Made by a program: the position numbers and the translations under genes. The notes beneath the pieces are model-generated. The model did no database searches, had not been told where the DNA came from, and saw only the letters and a program-made list of their open reading frames with translations. DNA of 64,000 nucleotides, from assembly GCF_964194025.1 (NCBI RefSeq), contig NC_134480.1:21142001-21206000 (forward strand), read 5' to 3'. Source of the stretch: Convolutriloba macropyga (taxonomy: Eukaryota). Each line of letters starts with the position of its first letter. Position 1 is the stretch's first letter. Of this stretch, positions 27,601 to 40,364 are shown in pieces.

Positions 27601-30600
27601 CAAAAAACATCCATATTGACTTAAAGACGATGATTTTTTATTGAAATCTTGCTATACTTGAAATTTAAAAAAGACAATAAAAAAGCAGTGCTGTTTGCAA
27701 AATCATCCAGTTGTTATTCCAGAAATTGCTGACAACATAAGTAGTGTTTTCAATGCTAAAACAAAGTTCAGAAATTTGTCAGAGAATGGCACGCCTTTAA
27801 TCATTCAAAGTCCTTACGATTTATAAAAAGGAATTATTTCAATAATGGAGAGTTCAATAGCGTTGACAGCAGACGTCAAAGCGATGTTTTTCACGTTCTG
27901 CTGCCTACAAATTATTGCCGAATTTTTAGATTTTTTTTCGAAATGCTAACATTAGAGTTCCTATTTAAGTCAAAGGGCAAACGAAACAGGTTTTGGTTCA
28001 ACATTTTCAAAAACTAAGGAAGATTTGGGCTTCGAGTAATCAAAACTGATCGTGAAAGCGGCATTTCAATTTTTAGGCGGTTAAAAATTGCAAGTGTTAT
28101 GTGGAAGGTTTTGAAATATCACCAATGTTACAGACAAAACTATCAATATCAGAGATAACATTACCGAATTCTTAAAACCTGGAGGCTTTGAATCGAGACG
28201 ATCAAAACGTAGCAAGAATAATATACCTCAAGTTATTCTATGATTTCATTGGGAGCATTTGCAGCGTTCCTTATGAGAATCAGGATGCTCAATGCTCTGA
28301 AAAACAATTTGTTGGACAAATCTTTAACAATGCCAACAAGAAACAAGCAATTCTGACAAAGGAATTTTCCTCGCAGTTGTCTGTTACTTAAACTTCAATT
28401 TTCTGCACTGATGAGCTGAAGCGTTCTTGTGAAATTAAGTGGCAAGAACAACTAAACAATTTTCACCTAGAAGTCAAAAAGCCATCCTCTCATTGCGACC
28501 ATTTGCACCGTTCAGCATGAGAATGAGATCGCTTCTAAAGTCTATTTAGAGCCATAATATGAAACATTGCTATCAAGAAACAAGTGATATTGACCAGAAA
28601 AAAATTCTGACAGTTTTTGCCCCTGATGAGCTGAAATTTGTTTAATGCACAAGACTTAGCGGGCAATGCTATAAAGTAGTGGTCAGCCTTTACTATCAGC
28701 AATTTCATTCACCAATTTTGTGACGCATAAGACATAAGCGTATAATTAATTGCATTTAACATAATCAGATTAGCAAATTGTCATCTGTCATTTGCAAAAA
28801 CTGAATTGCATCTATGCACCAACTGTTGATACTGAAAATGGAGCATCAAATGGTTTAATGCTCTGCAACAAAGCGTATTAGGATGAAACGAGAGCACATC
28901 ATCGCATTTGGCGAGGTGTGATACTTGACATATGCGGTTTTACTGATTAAATGCCATCAATCAGCCAACTAGAGTGTATTGGGTTGAAGATAACATAGAA
29001 TATAATTTGTAAAACCTTGGCATCAGAAGTGGTACGTTATGGGGGCTGCAAAAATGTTTTTTGTTAACTGAGATTGCTTGATTAACTGGGCAATCAATGA
29101 ATTTAGCGGCCAGAAGTAGCAAACAAACATTACGTTGATGAACAATCAAACAAGAGAACGTCAAAATGAGATGCAGTAGGAGGCACGCTTAAAACTGGTT
29201 CAACCATGATTGACTGAGAACGTTTCAAAAATTCTACGAAACTTCTAAATGTTTTTTTTGTATTCTTTGCTTTTTAAATCGTTGTTCGGAATTTCAATGA
29301 AAAAAATTATCTTGTCATAAATTACATAAAATGAAATTCTTCCAATCGCAATTAGAAGATAATCTCGGTTGAAGAAAAGCGGTGCAATGTCCATGCCAAA
29401 TTGCTAGCTGTTCAAAGTCCTTAGAGGCTGAACAATTGAACAAAATGACAGATAAGCTGGGTCAATGGCTGGATAAAAAACCGCAAAATCAAAGATTCAA
29501 TAACAATGGAAGTCGAAAATTGAGCGGAAGCATTAAAATTAAAGACGGAAGGTATAAAATAAAACATTTTAGGCAGATTGAACTTAACGGCTTGACAATT
29601 AATAACTTTTTTGCTACCACTGACTTCAAATGCAAACGTCTTGAGTAGCGTTTCGAAGGAGATGAAGAAAATTTGGCCATGATTGAAATTAAAAATGCAA
29701 GAAATAATGTGTTGTTTGCAAAATTATCCAGTTGTTAATCCAAAAAGTGCTGTCAATGTTAGTAGTGTTTCTAACGCTAAAATGAAGTTCTGAAGTTTGT
29801 CAAAGAATGACAGGCTTTTAGTAGGGCCAATTACTTAAGATTTGTAAATCGGAACTTTTTTGAAAAATGGAGAATTCAGTAGCGTTGACAGTAGATGTCA
29901 AAGCATTTTTTCCACGTTCTGCTGACTATAAAAAATTGCCGAATTCTTAGATTTTTTGTAAAGCTCATATTAATGATCCTATTCAAGTCAAAGAACAAGC
30001 GAAACAGCTTTTTGGTTCAACATTTTCAAAATTTTAGGAACGTTTTGGTCTCGAGTAATCAAAACAGATCATGAAAGCGGCATTCCAATTTTTGTTGTGA
30101 TTAATAATTGCAACTGTTATATAGACGGTTTTGAAAAATCAGCAATTGTCACAGACAAAACTATCAACATCAGAGATTACAATACCGAATTGTTGAAACC
30201 TGAAAGCTTTGAATCAAGAAGATCAAAAAATAGCAATGATAATATACCGCAGGTTAATCCATTAACTCATTGGGACCTTTTGCATCAATCCGTATGATAA
30301 TGAGAACGCTTTGAAAATCACTTTGGAATGAAAATCTTAAACGATGCCAACACGAAAAAAGCAATTCTGATGAAAAAATTTTGCTCGCAGTTTGCTGTTA
30401 TTTAAACTAGTTTTCATCACTGATGAGCTAAAGCGTTTTTATGAAATTTAGTGGCAAGAACAATCAAACGATTTTCATCTAGAAGTCTAAAAGCAGTCAA
30501 CTCATTGCAGTCATTTGCACCGTTCAGTATGAGAATGAGAACGCTTCCAGCAAACAATTATTCCCACAGTTTTTTTCACAGTTGAGACGAAATTTTTTAA

Positions 30601-31470
30601 TTAAAGTACACTTGGCGGACAGGACCTGAAGGAAATTACTATCTTCCAGTATTTTGAGATTTTTCTCTTGACGCAATTTAAATAGTCGCCTAGTTGCAAT
30701 TAACTGTAGCTGCTATTAACATAACCAGAATAGCAAAAATGTCATTTGTCTTGGGCAAAACAGAACTGCAGCCACGCGACTACTGTCAATAACAAAACTG
30801 GAGCTTTAACTGGCATTGTAGTCAGTCAAAAAACGTAGTAGGATGATACGACAGAACCCATTGGAACCCATCATCCCAATTGGAAAATTGTACGACTCTA
30901 CAGATCCGGTTTAAATAACTCTGATTAACCAAATAGAGCCCATTGGGTTAGAGATATCTTGGAAGAATCAGCGAATAATGAGTAGAAATATGTAGAAGAA
31001 GACAGCTGTGCAGATGCTGGCAGAGTCAAAGGCGAAGAGCTTCAGAAAAGTGTGGGCTTAACTGAGCCGGCTTGGGCATCCAATAAATTTAGGTGGCCAG
31101 AAGAAACAAACAAGCATTACGTAGAAAAACAACCCAACAATAGAAAGTCATTATGAGATGCCGTTGCAGACAAAACTGGGGTTGACTGGGGTTGATTCAA
31201 TTTTTTTACGAAAATTCAAATGTATTTTCTTATTGTTTGCATTTTCAAACTATCTTCAATTCTTCAAACAAGAGTTGTTTTTATCATGAAGTACAGAAAT
31301 TGTCGGATCGCATATAGAACTAGACTCGTTTTAACCAAAAACAGTGCAAAATCAAAGTCAAGTTACTAGTTGTTTGAATTCATCTGGAGCTGTAAAATTA
31401 CACAAAATGGCAGATCATCTGGGGCACTGATGGGATATAAAATTTGATGCGCAACGAAATACTAGAAGCA
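24674..31470 (+). mobile_element. Old BEL/Pao LTR-retrotransposon relic with a tandemly triplicated ~2 kb pol segment
   Basis: PBS-like TGGCGCCGCGACCTGGGA after AACA (24674-24691). ORF 26031-26258 and FLPYHPVVNPK match the pre-RT region of the young BEL in this window; SIALTADVKAMF at about 27.86 kb (variant at 29.88 kb); RNase H-like HFCDA...LSFVI.K..FASMQQLLILKLE and ELQNCVWLTELAW repeated near 26.7, 28.7 and 30.7 kb. Confidence 0.75.
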
Positions 31471-31899
31471 GTAAATCAAAAAACGATCCAAAGAACAAAG
31501 TCAACGTAAAATTCAAAAAAAGTGTTTGATTTTAACTGGAATTGCCCTGAAACATCCTAAAGATCACACTCACAAGCATCAACGTTTTAAAGTGACGAAA
31601 GTAGCAACGTCGGACATTTTAACATCTGGCACTGCAGAATTTCGGCATTTTAGAATGTGCACGTGAGTGTTTTAAGTTCAAAACTATTGAAACCATCTGA
31701 ACCAAAATTATTTGATAGTTGGTTTAAGACAAATTCTGAGAGAAACTCGGAGCAATTTCATCATTTGTTGCAAATTGACTGCTAAATCTTCAAAGCTCAA
31801 TCCTAATGCCCGCTTTCCAAATTATTTTTTTGTCGGTGAACTGTTTAAATTGTTTGTTTGTTTGAAGATTTTCAGTTGTCACCGAAGAGACTATTTCCT

Positions 31900-34800
31900 T
31901 AAAATCACACACTAAAGTTTTGTCCAGTCCTTGAGCAGATATTTTGATTGCAAAAATTTTCATTAACAAACTTCCACATTTCCTTTAGCGCACGTATTTC
32001 AGTCCCTTCGTGCTGGGAAAATCTATTTTTATGTTCAATTGATTAACTGTTTTTCATGTCTTGAAAAAGAATTCGCCTCTTGCCTTTTCAGTTCTGGTTT
32101 TTGTAAATTAAAATAGTTCTTTGTTTCTTCCGGGGAGCTCTCTTATTTCTGGGAAGACGATGTGTTCGCTTTTGCTCTTCTTAAGTTTAGCAAGTGTCAG
32201 CAAAATATTCAATTGGATATTCATCGGAAAGGAGTGAGACACTCAGTATCTTGACTTTGTTGGTATATCGTTCCTGGCGTGAGCCCAAGATCCAAGTTAC
32301 GGCTTTCATTTAGAATTTTTCCAGTTTTACCATATCTGTTTTACTGATCTGCGCACAATTAGGACCCTACATTAAGACTGGTAACACCAGCGTTTTGTAT
32401 AAATCGAATTTAGTGAATAGTTTTACTTCTTTTGCATCATTTTCTCCTAGGCTACATAACACTTTAACCGCTTTTATCAGCCTGTTTTCAATATGACAAC
32501 GCCAGTTCACGTTTGCACATACCAATACACCCTAGTCTTTCATTTCTGTTTGTTGTTTCAATGTTTTCTCACATGTATGGTGTGTTGCATCCTTTCGTCT
32601 GAAGGTAAGATTCATACAATTGTCTAAGGACAAGGCAATTTTATGTTTTGCTACCCAGCATACAATCGTATTCAAGTCTTCCTGTAATTCTTCACGCTTT
32701 TTGTCTACGAAAAGAATTTTTAAAATGTCAGCAAAATTGTTGGGCCTGCTGAACTTTATAACATCTCGAAAGTTTTTTATGAAAATCCAAAAGAGTAGTG
32801 GCCCCAGCAGAAATCCTTGTTGTACACCACTCGTTTCTTCTGGTTCGTTCGATTTGAAGTTTTCCACCCTTACGAAATGTTTCCTTTCCGTTAGGTAGTC
32901 GAAAAGCAATTCCAAGATACACCCTCCAACTCCATTATTGCTCCCTTTTTTCAACTACTCAAAATGAGGTACTCTGTCAAATTGTTTTGGAAAACCAGTA
33001 TTAAAAGCAAAAACCTCATTATCTTCACTATATTCTATTGCTTCAAAATTTCGTTTCAAAAAGGACAACATAATTGTCAGAAGTGGTCTTCTCCTTGCAA
33101 AACTGTGTTGGTTTGCGCACAAGTATTTCATGAAGTGTCGATATAGTGCTTTGTGAACGCAATTTCCAGTGCCTTACTATTTAAGGTAAGTAGAGAAACA
33201 GGGCGCTAGTTTTCATCAAAACGTTCGTCACTTTTTTTGTAAATGATGTTACGTCTGCAATTTTCCAAGTTTCCGTAATTTTTCTTAGTATTTTGATTTG
33301 TGCATGATTTTGCCCATTGATTTCACAGTTTTTTGGAAAAACGGGTGGGTAGCTATTACGAAGACGTGATTTCCGAGTGTCAAAATCAAAATTATTTAAG
33401 ATGTTAAAGATCACTAATCTAGAAGTGTCGAAGTTTGCCTTTTCGATGTCTTTGCATTTTATGTCTTCAATGTTAGATTGGTTTTGGATGAGCACACCGA
33501 ATGAAAAAATTTGATTAAAAAATTGAGTTTTTTCCAACTCTTTTTTGGCCATGCTAATAATCATGTTTCGCAGCTTTATAACTTGAATACTCCTGTAGCT
33601 TGTTGCTCTTTGCTCTAACGACAGTTTTGTGTCCTGAGATATTATATCAAATTGGATGTTGCAGAGGAATTCCAAGGAGGTAAGTTTTGGCGGTCTTGTT
33701 CTTAGCGAAACGTGGATGTCAATAACTCTGTCAAGATAATCATAAGTCTTCTGATGCATTTTATTTATGTTAGTGTGAAAGCATGGTACAAACTCAAGCA
33801 TTTCAAAATGTTGCCCAATTTGCTGAGGGAAAATTGACATCGCCACACATTAAATTTGTTCTTGTTCTGCGTTTCACATTCTCCATGATTTTGTCAAAAA
33901 TTTTATTAGTGCATCTGTATTTTCTCAATTTGAGAGGATTGTAAAATGTGCAGGTAACTGTTTCTGTTTTGTCTGTTTATACTTTGACTGCAATACAGCA
34001 TTTTGTTATTTCAGATTTGATTGATTGCGAGTCAATTTCAGTTTTTAGTGCTATCAGCACACCGCCATGTGCACTCTTCTCATCAATTTTGACGTCTCTA
34101 TCTGATCTATAAAGAGTGTAATTGTTGAGCAACAAATCGGATGACTGAAAAATTTTGGTTAACCACGTCTCTGCCAAACAGAATATGTTGCAACCAAAGA
34201 GTGGGACAGCATTTGATAAATTGGATCTTCCAGTTATGTTAAGTAGACAATTGTGTTCATGTAGAGAAAAATAACTGAATTTAGTCACGCATCCATTCTT
34301 TGGCTTGATTCTATCTCCATTTTTCCCCGTCATTGAAGAGTTCAAAATTCCGACTTTTTCTTTTGGAACACCATCGTCTATGATTTTTCTCCTCTTCTTT
34401 ATACACATGTTCTCCCTGACATAGTTCTCTTTGTTTAGCGCTGGGAGGAGATACACTTCCTTCTGAGCCAGCTGTTTCCTGTTTTTATGCGCATTAGCTA
34501 GTATCTGTCTGGCATCATATACTCTTGGAGAAGTGACCAATAACGTACGGGGTTTGGTTCGGTTTTTGTCAAACATTCCCAGCATTTTCAATTCTATCAT
34601 TTGGCCTCTCACTGTTATTTCATTCAACACTTCTCTCACTTCTTCTGTTGTCGGGACAAGATTTTTTGAATCTCTTTTCAAGTTTTTTACTGAATTCTCT
34701 CGGAATCTCACTGATTTTCCGATGTTATGAACTCGTTCTCTTTTCAATTTTTGTCATACCAATTTCTGGGCTTCGCAGCATTTGTTGTCTGCACGCAATG

Positions 34801-35090
34801 GCCTCAGCGAACCTCTTACTAATCTTCTTGCGGGTTGCTTTGACTGCCAAAACCAATTTAATTGCAAGCACTTCGCCAGTCTATCTGCCTTTGACACTAG
34901 TCGGTCATTTAATCGCTTTTTCTCTTCTACTAGCTTCTCACTCATGTTTTCTACGGTCCTGCATTTTATGAAGGTATCTCTCTCGTTAGTCTCCACACCG
35001 GTTTTGCGGAGCAACATAGCTCGCTGTTCTAATTTCTTTTTTCCGTTTATGGCTCTAGGTGCATGTGGGCTTTGCATAATTCGCAATCGT
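31900..35090 (-). mobile_element. Decayed near full-length CR1/L2-group LINE (ORF1, APE endonuclease, RT)
   Basis: ORF1-like LGMFDKNRTKPRTLLV; APE motifs IFCLAETWL and YRSDR...HGGVLIA; WKIADVT..TK; RT SGVQQGFLLGPLLF and FADILK; many stops and frameshifts. Confidence 0.85.
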
Positions 35091-35879
35091 ATTTTTCAGC
35101 GGACTGGCTTTTTGCATGTAACAGAGTTTTTCATTTTGAACGAAAAGAAATCAAAAGATTTTAAGAATCTAGGCGGAGAAGCAGATCTGAACAACGAATC
35201 TCACATCCTTCTCCCCGAACTGATTAATTTACCTCAGATCAGGACCTGAACAACAACGCTCAGCTTCTGGTCCCCACAATTAGAATGTTCGGACTTGAAA
35301 AACAAAGCCCATTTCGCAAGATTCATTTTTTTACTTCAGATATCTTTTCGTTTTTTGACACGTTGTTTCAATGAAGTCTTCCTTCTCTTCGCTAGAGGTT
35401 TACCGAGGTGAAGGTCGTTGTCAGCAACATTTTCAAGAGTATGCAATTCGACGGTGCAGATGGTGATACTCTTTCGCCAGTTCTGGGTCATGTTTTTTTT
35501 TGCTTTTGGAAAAAAGATAGTTCACTTTGTGTACAACAGGAATCGTTAGTTTAGACTATAAGTTATTGAAAACATCAGGTGCGCCTGGTGTATACTATTT
35601 CCCTTTTTCTCGTTAGCGATTTTTAATTTTGGTAATTAACTTGTCGGTATCAAGGGGAATTCGCTATTCATGGAGATATTCGCGTATCGTGTTATTAATT
35701 ACTTGGTGCCAATTTATCACGTTTCCCTCCACTTTCTTCAATATTTGATTTACTGTTTTGTTTGGACTCCTTTCTGATGAATGTAGACATACTCTCTGTA
35801 TACGTGTAGGGACAAAATTTGTGCAAGATCAATCAACTCTTGATTTCTTCTTGAGCCAAGGGCTTGATGCAGTGACATT

Positions 35880-36450
35880 TTTCCAATTATCAACACCTTT
35901 TAGGAGTCACCGGGGCTTCCCCGAAAAACATATAACCTGCATTATTGCAGGAGCCGTCCAAATTGAATCGTAAGGAATTTTTCATGCCAAAGCGTGCATG
36001 GCAGCAGTATTGAGATTTGCTGCAAGCGGCAGCAAAATCAAGGTTCATTCTGGGTGACAAGGGGAAAAGTTTCGTAGGTGGTGCACGTGAAATGAGGCAG
36101 TAAACCAAGAAACGGAATTATCGGAATCCAATTTTTCTTTGGAGCAAATCCATTGGAAATTCAGGCCAACAGGTAATCCTCACTTTGGAAGTGTGTGAGC
36201 TTAGCTTCTCCGAAACTACCTAAAAGCGTTGCTAATTGTTCTTGAAAGACGAGCCCTAACTGATGAACTACAGAAAATGTGCATATTAGAACATACATTG
36301 AGTTCTCGAGCTAGTGTGGCTGTGAGCAGCAAACATCAAAACCTTTAGACGCCGTTACCAGGCACTTTCTTATTGGGAGGCCATCTAAAGCTTCGCAATA
36401 TATGAGACAGAGAAGTTCATTGAGTTTCGATCAATTTTCAAGAAAGAGCA
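35880..36450 (+). mobile_element. BEL/Pao integrase relic
   Basis: TCIIAGAVQIE, ILGDKGKSFVGGAREM, IHWKFRPTGNPHFGSV, MCILEHTLSSR, HFLIGR and ETEKFIEFRSIFKK are colinear with the integrase of the BEL at 47.1-47.7 kb. Confidence 0.75.
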
Positions 36451-36717
36451 TAAAATAATTATATAATTGTTGTGATAAATCTATAAAATAGAAATGATAT
36501 GATTTCCACGATGTTGGTTCCTAACGCCTGACGCTTACACCTGGACCTGTGGGCCTGAACATCGCAAGACCCAGCTCATCTTCCGAAAGTTGTATTGTTG
36601 ATTTTTTTTAACAGAAACTGAATCGAATTTGTAGTTTCAATCAAAGCCGAAATTGATATTTCACGTTAAAATTGAAATTTTTGGTTTTGTTCTATCCATT
36701 TTTCTGCTTAGGGGCAT

Positions 36718-37348
36718 ATGAGCCAGTTCAAACCCCCATGGATGCCAGGCTGGTCTGGGAGAATTGTTTTGGGGACGTCAGAAATAAGGTAGTTGAATAC
36801 CAGAACCGTGCAGTCTAGTGTTCACTCCTACAGAGGTGCCACCTTGAAAGAGCTGTTTTAACTCATCTCTCAATACCCCTCACAAAAACTCAAAAGTGTT
36901 GTTATTATTGCAAGGTTTAATGATAATCGAAGGACTTCCCAACAATTCGCTATTGATTGGCAGTGTCTTTTAGATATAATACATATGAAGTTCAAATTCT
37001 CAACAGTAATTGTATCAAAAACCATTCTTTCAGTCAACCCCATATCAATAAAAAAAGTTATTTGCTCTAAAAAGTGCTCTGCAGTTTTTGGTTTTTAAAT
37101 TTTATCCTTGCGTAATCACCTTTAGTTTTGACAATATCTACGACTTTACTTTCTTCTATAGAGATGATTTACATTTCTCATACTATGGCAATCAGTCATT
37201 CGCTCGAGTGCTTCTTTTCTTGATTTACAATTTTGCTCCTTTCTACATTCAGTTTACTCTCCCGCAATGTCCCACGACTATTGATGTGTCGCTTCACTCA
37301 ACCGTTTTTATGATCAAAGTGAATGAAGTCATTGTAAAACTCTTCTGA
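36718..37348 (+). pseudogene. SGNH/GDSL esterase-like ORF (decayed), putative ORF1 of the downstream CRE element
   Basis: ATG at 36718: MSQFKPPWMPGWSGRIVLGTS (block I), VHSYRGAT (block II), VVIIARFND (block III), then after a frameshift FYRDDLHFSYYGNQSFA (block V DxxH); two stops. Confidence 0.7.
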
Positions 37349-40310
37349 GGAATGCGGGCGTTTATTGCAATGGTTGCTATTGGCTTCACGTAAGGTGCAA
37401 TTGTTTGAAACGCTCCGCTGACCGCCCTTCCGCGTTTCAATGTTCAGGATGTATTTCAACAGCGACACTTGGTAATTGCAATGTCCCCACTACAGCCCTC
37501 TCCACTGACCTCCATACCCAAAAGCAAGACCATACAATCTCCTTAACGCCACAAGAATCCTAGGTTGCTGATGATGGCAATGATGGACACATAGCGGCAG
37601 CGGCACCCCAAAATGTAGCGGAAAAGTACTAAAATGTTTAGTAAACGTTCTGTAATACGTGGCCAAGAAACACCGATAAGATCGACGGAATTCATAAAGA
37701 GATCTGTCACTGAAGAGCAAACTTCATAATACTGAAAAAAGCAAGGCTGAATTTCTGAAACAGTTTGCAAAAAGGGGCATTAATGAAGAACTTTCATTTA
37801 ATGTTGCCGCTATCTTCCCCACTTATTGATTTTTGCGTGATATTGGCCGAAGATGGGTCAGTTACCAAGACCCTTTCTTCTGGAAGCTAGAGCTCTGCAA
37901 TATAATCTTCGTAAGACCGCTAAAATTGGCAAAATTGATGAGGTGAAACAATTAAATAATTTCATGGAGACCCGAAAAATCTCGAACGCCATCAAGTGTC
38001 TCACTGGTGAACTAGTATACGGAAAATTATCACCAAACGATAAAAATAGCGTAAAAACTGTTTATGGGTTGCTCAAAGTGAAACACCCTATTCCTTCTCA
38101 AGTCAACCCCAATTACAGGGTTGACGAGAACACGTTTGAGTCAATCCTGTACCATCCTGCAATCTTCGAAAACATAGGCAGATAGGCAGTTAAAAAGGCA
38201 GCCTGGAAAACACATGGCAGTCACGGACCGTCCGGTTCAGACGCAAACAATTGGAGACGAATTTTTTTTTTGTTTCAAAGAAGTATCAGCAAACATAGCG
38301 AAAACGGTAGCCACAATTGCTATTTCTTTGGGAACTGAAAAAGTATCTGAAAAGTCTCTCGAAGCGTACAACGCATGCAGACTAATCCTTTAAAACAAAA
38401 ACTCTGATGTTTGACCTACTGGCGTAGGAGAAGTTCTTCATCGCATCATAAGCAAATGCGTCATTAAGCGTATCGAAAACAACCAACTGCTCTTGAACGG
38501 CAAGACACATTTTTGCCTGGACCAAAAATGTGGGATTAAACACGCAAATCACTCTCTGCGCTCGCAATATGAAAAACATGTAAAGGAAGCTGTTCTCCTA
38601 ATAAACGCAAAGAACGCCTTCAATTGCATCAACCGTAACTTCGCACTTGAAAATATCAAAAGATTTTGCCCAGCCTTGAGTTTTGTTTTTCAAAACTCAT
38701 CTTCAACACCGTCAGAATTGTAGGTCGCAGGTAAAATACTGCAGTCTCTAGAGGGCACAACTCAAGCGGACTCATTGCTATGGCTATGCATGGAGTAGCC
38801 ACCCTCCCATTGCTCAGGTTTGTCCAGAAAACGCACGTTTCGCAAAAATGGTACGAAGACAACGGCAGCGCATTAGAACGATCGGACGACCTACTCTTGT
38901 TCCTCAAATAACTCACTGAAAATGGTAGCGAGTTTGGCTGCAGCTTGAAAGCCCCGAAGTGTCAATTAATAGTAAAAAAGGCGTCAGAAGCCAAAGCTCT
39001 CGGGTTGTTTGAAGGGACCGCATTTAAAATTGTTGATGGCTGGCACCTACTAGGATCTGCAATGAGAAAGCCTATGAGAACTTTAGTGTAACAATAGCAG
39101 GAAAGTTTTCCAATTTCTTTAAAAAAAATTGTGGCAGGTAGCGAAAACATCCCCTCTGATAGCTAACGCATGCTTAACAAGAGGCGAGCAACAAAAATAA
39201 AATTTGGTGTCCTAGACAACGCCAAACTCACGGAATATCTTCACAGACACAGAAACCAACATCCAAACGCACGTCCTATCGTCGTTCTTTGACTCTCCGG
39301 TGTCTCAGCTCGCACTCCGATTGTATTCGCAACCATTGGGGGAGGGAGACTTAACATCAAAGAGCAAATAGATAACGAAACGGAGTACGCTGCTTCGCTG
39401 ACCGCATGCGCTCTTCCCGAAGATTAGGATCGAGCAAATGCTCATCTCATCCAAGAACGCTTAACGCTTGACCAACAAACCGCACGCCTGAATATTATTC
39501 GATCGTTCAAGAAGGATCTTTTAGAAAACAATCAGACCGAGCGACGACACGTAATAATAGATGCTTCGGAACAAGGAACTCGAACTGGCTCACAGCTCTA
39601 CCCATTAAACGTTACTGTTTTAATCTCACGAATTCGAAATTTAAAGACGGGCTTTGCATTAGATATAACTTTGAGGCCAAAAATACGGCCATTAATTTTC
39701 CATATTGTGAAAAGTTTACCCAATCACATGCTCACCACTGTGCGATGGGGGTACATACACATGAGACACAACGAGATCCAACACACCGTTGCTGAAAGCA
39801 TGCATGACGTTTGCTATGATGTCAAAATTGAGCCGAATCTTCAGTTGCTTCAAGGCGAGTCCTTTATATACAAAAATCTTAGCACTGATGAAAAGGCCCG
39901 ACTAAACATTAAAGCGAACGGCATATGGGGATGAGATTCAGCCTTTTTTCTTCGATGTGAAGATCTTTAACCCAGTAGAAACGTACAAGTATCATGAGTC
40001 ATTGAAGTACCTGAAGTACGAGCAACGAATACTCGATATCGAGAAGAGTATCTCCGTTCCACTCGTGTTTTCCTTCATGCGGTACGCAGGACCGTCCGCA
40101 ACGCGCACAATTAAACAACTAGCTAGCACAATTGCTGAAAAGAAAGACGAATCATACTCCGACGCAAAAAGGTACAGACGCAGGAAAGTAAATTTTGCTC
40201 TTCTGCGCGGCGCTATCATATGCCTCGGAGGATGCCGTGGTTCCAGACGGCCGACCGACATTGATAGTTCTTTCATTGCCATAGTGCGGAAGGGGAGACT
40301 AGATTCATAA
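37267..40310 (+). mobile_element. Decayed CRE-clade non-LTR retrotransposon ORF: PHD finger, RT, restriction-like endonuclease
   Basis: PHD *SHC...YCNGCYWLHVRC...FQCSGC (37324-37452) is in frame with EICH*RANF. Downstream: GPSGSDANNW, V*PTGVGEVLHRI, LLINAKNAFN, EGTTQ, KWYEDN; C-terminal MRHNEI, ARLNIKANG, FDVKIFNP, K..KY, VPLVFS, FALLRG, all typical of animal CRE elements. Confidence 0.85.
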
Positions 40311-40364
40311 CAAATAGGCTTATAAAGAAATTCTGAAGAAACTATGAACAAATTCTGAAGAAAA

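Noticed and set aside
28405-30440. CTGATGAG motifs at about 28408, 28623 and 30420 resembling hammerhead cores
   Set aside because: No stem II closing onto a C-GAAA and no stems I/III; they lie in repeated BEL pol-derived sequence.
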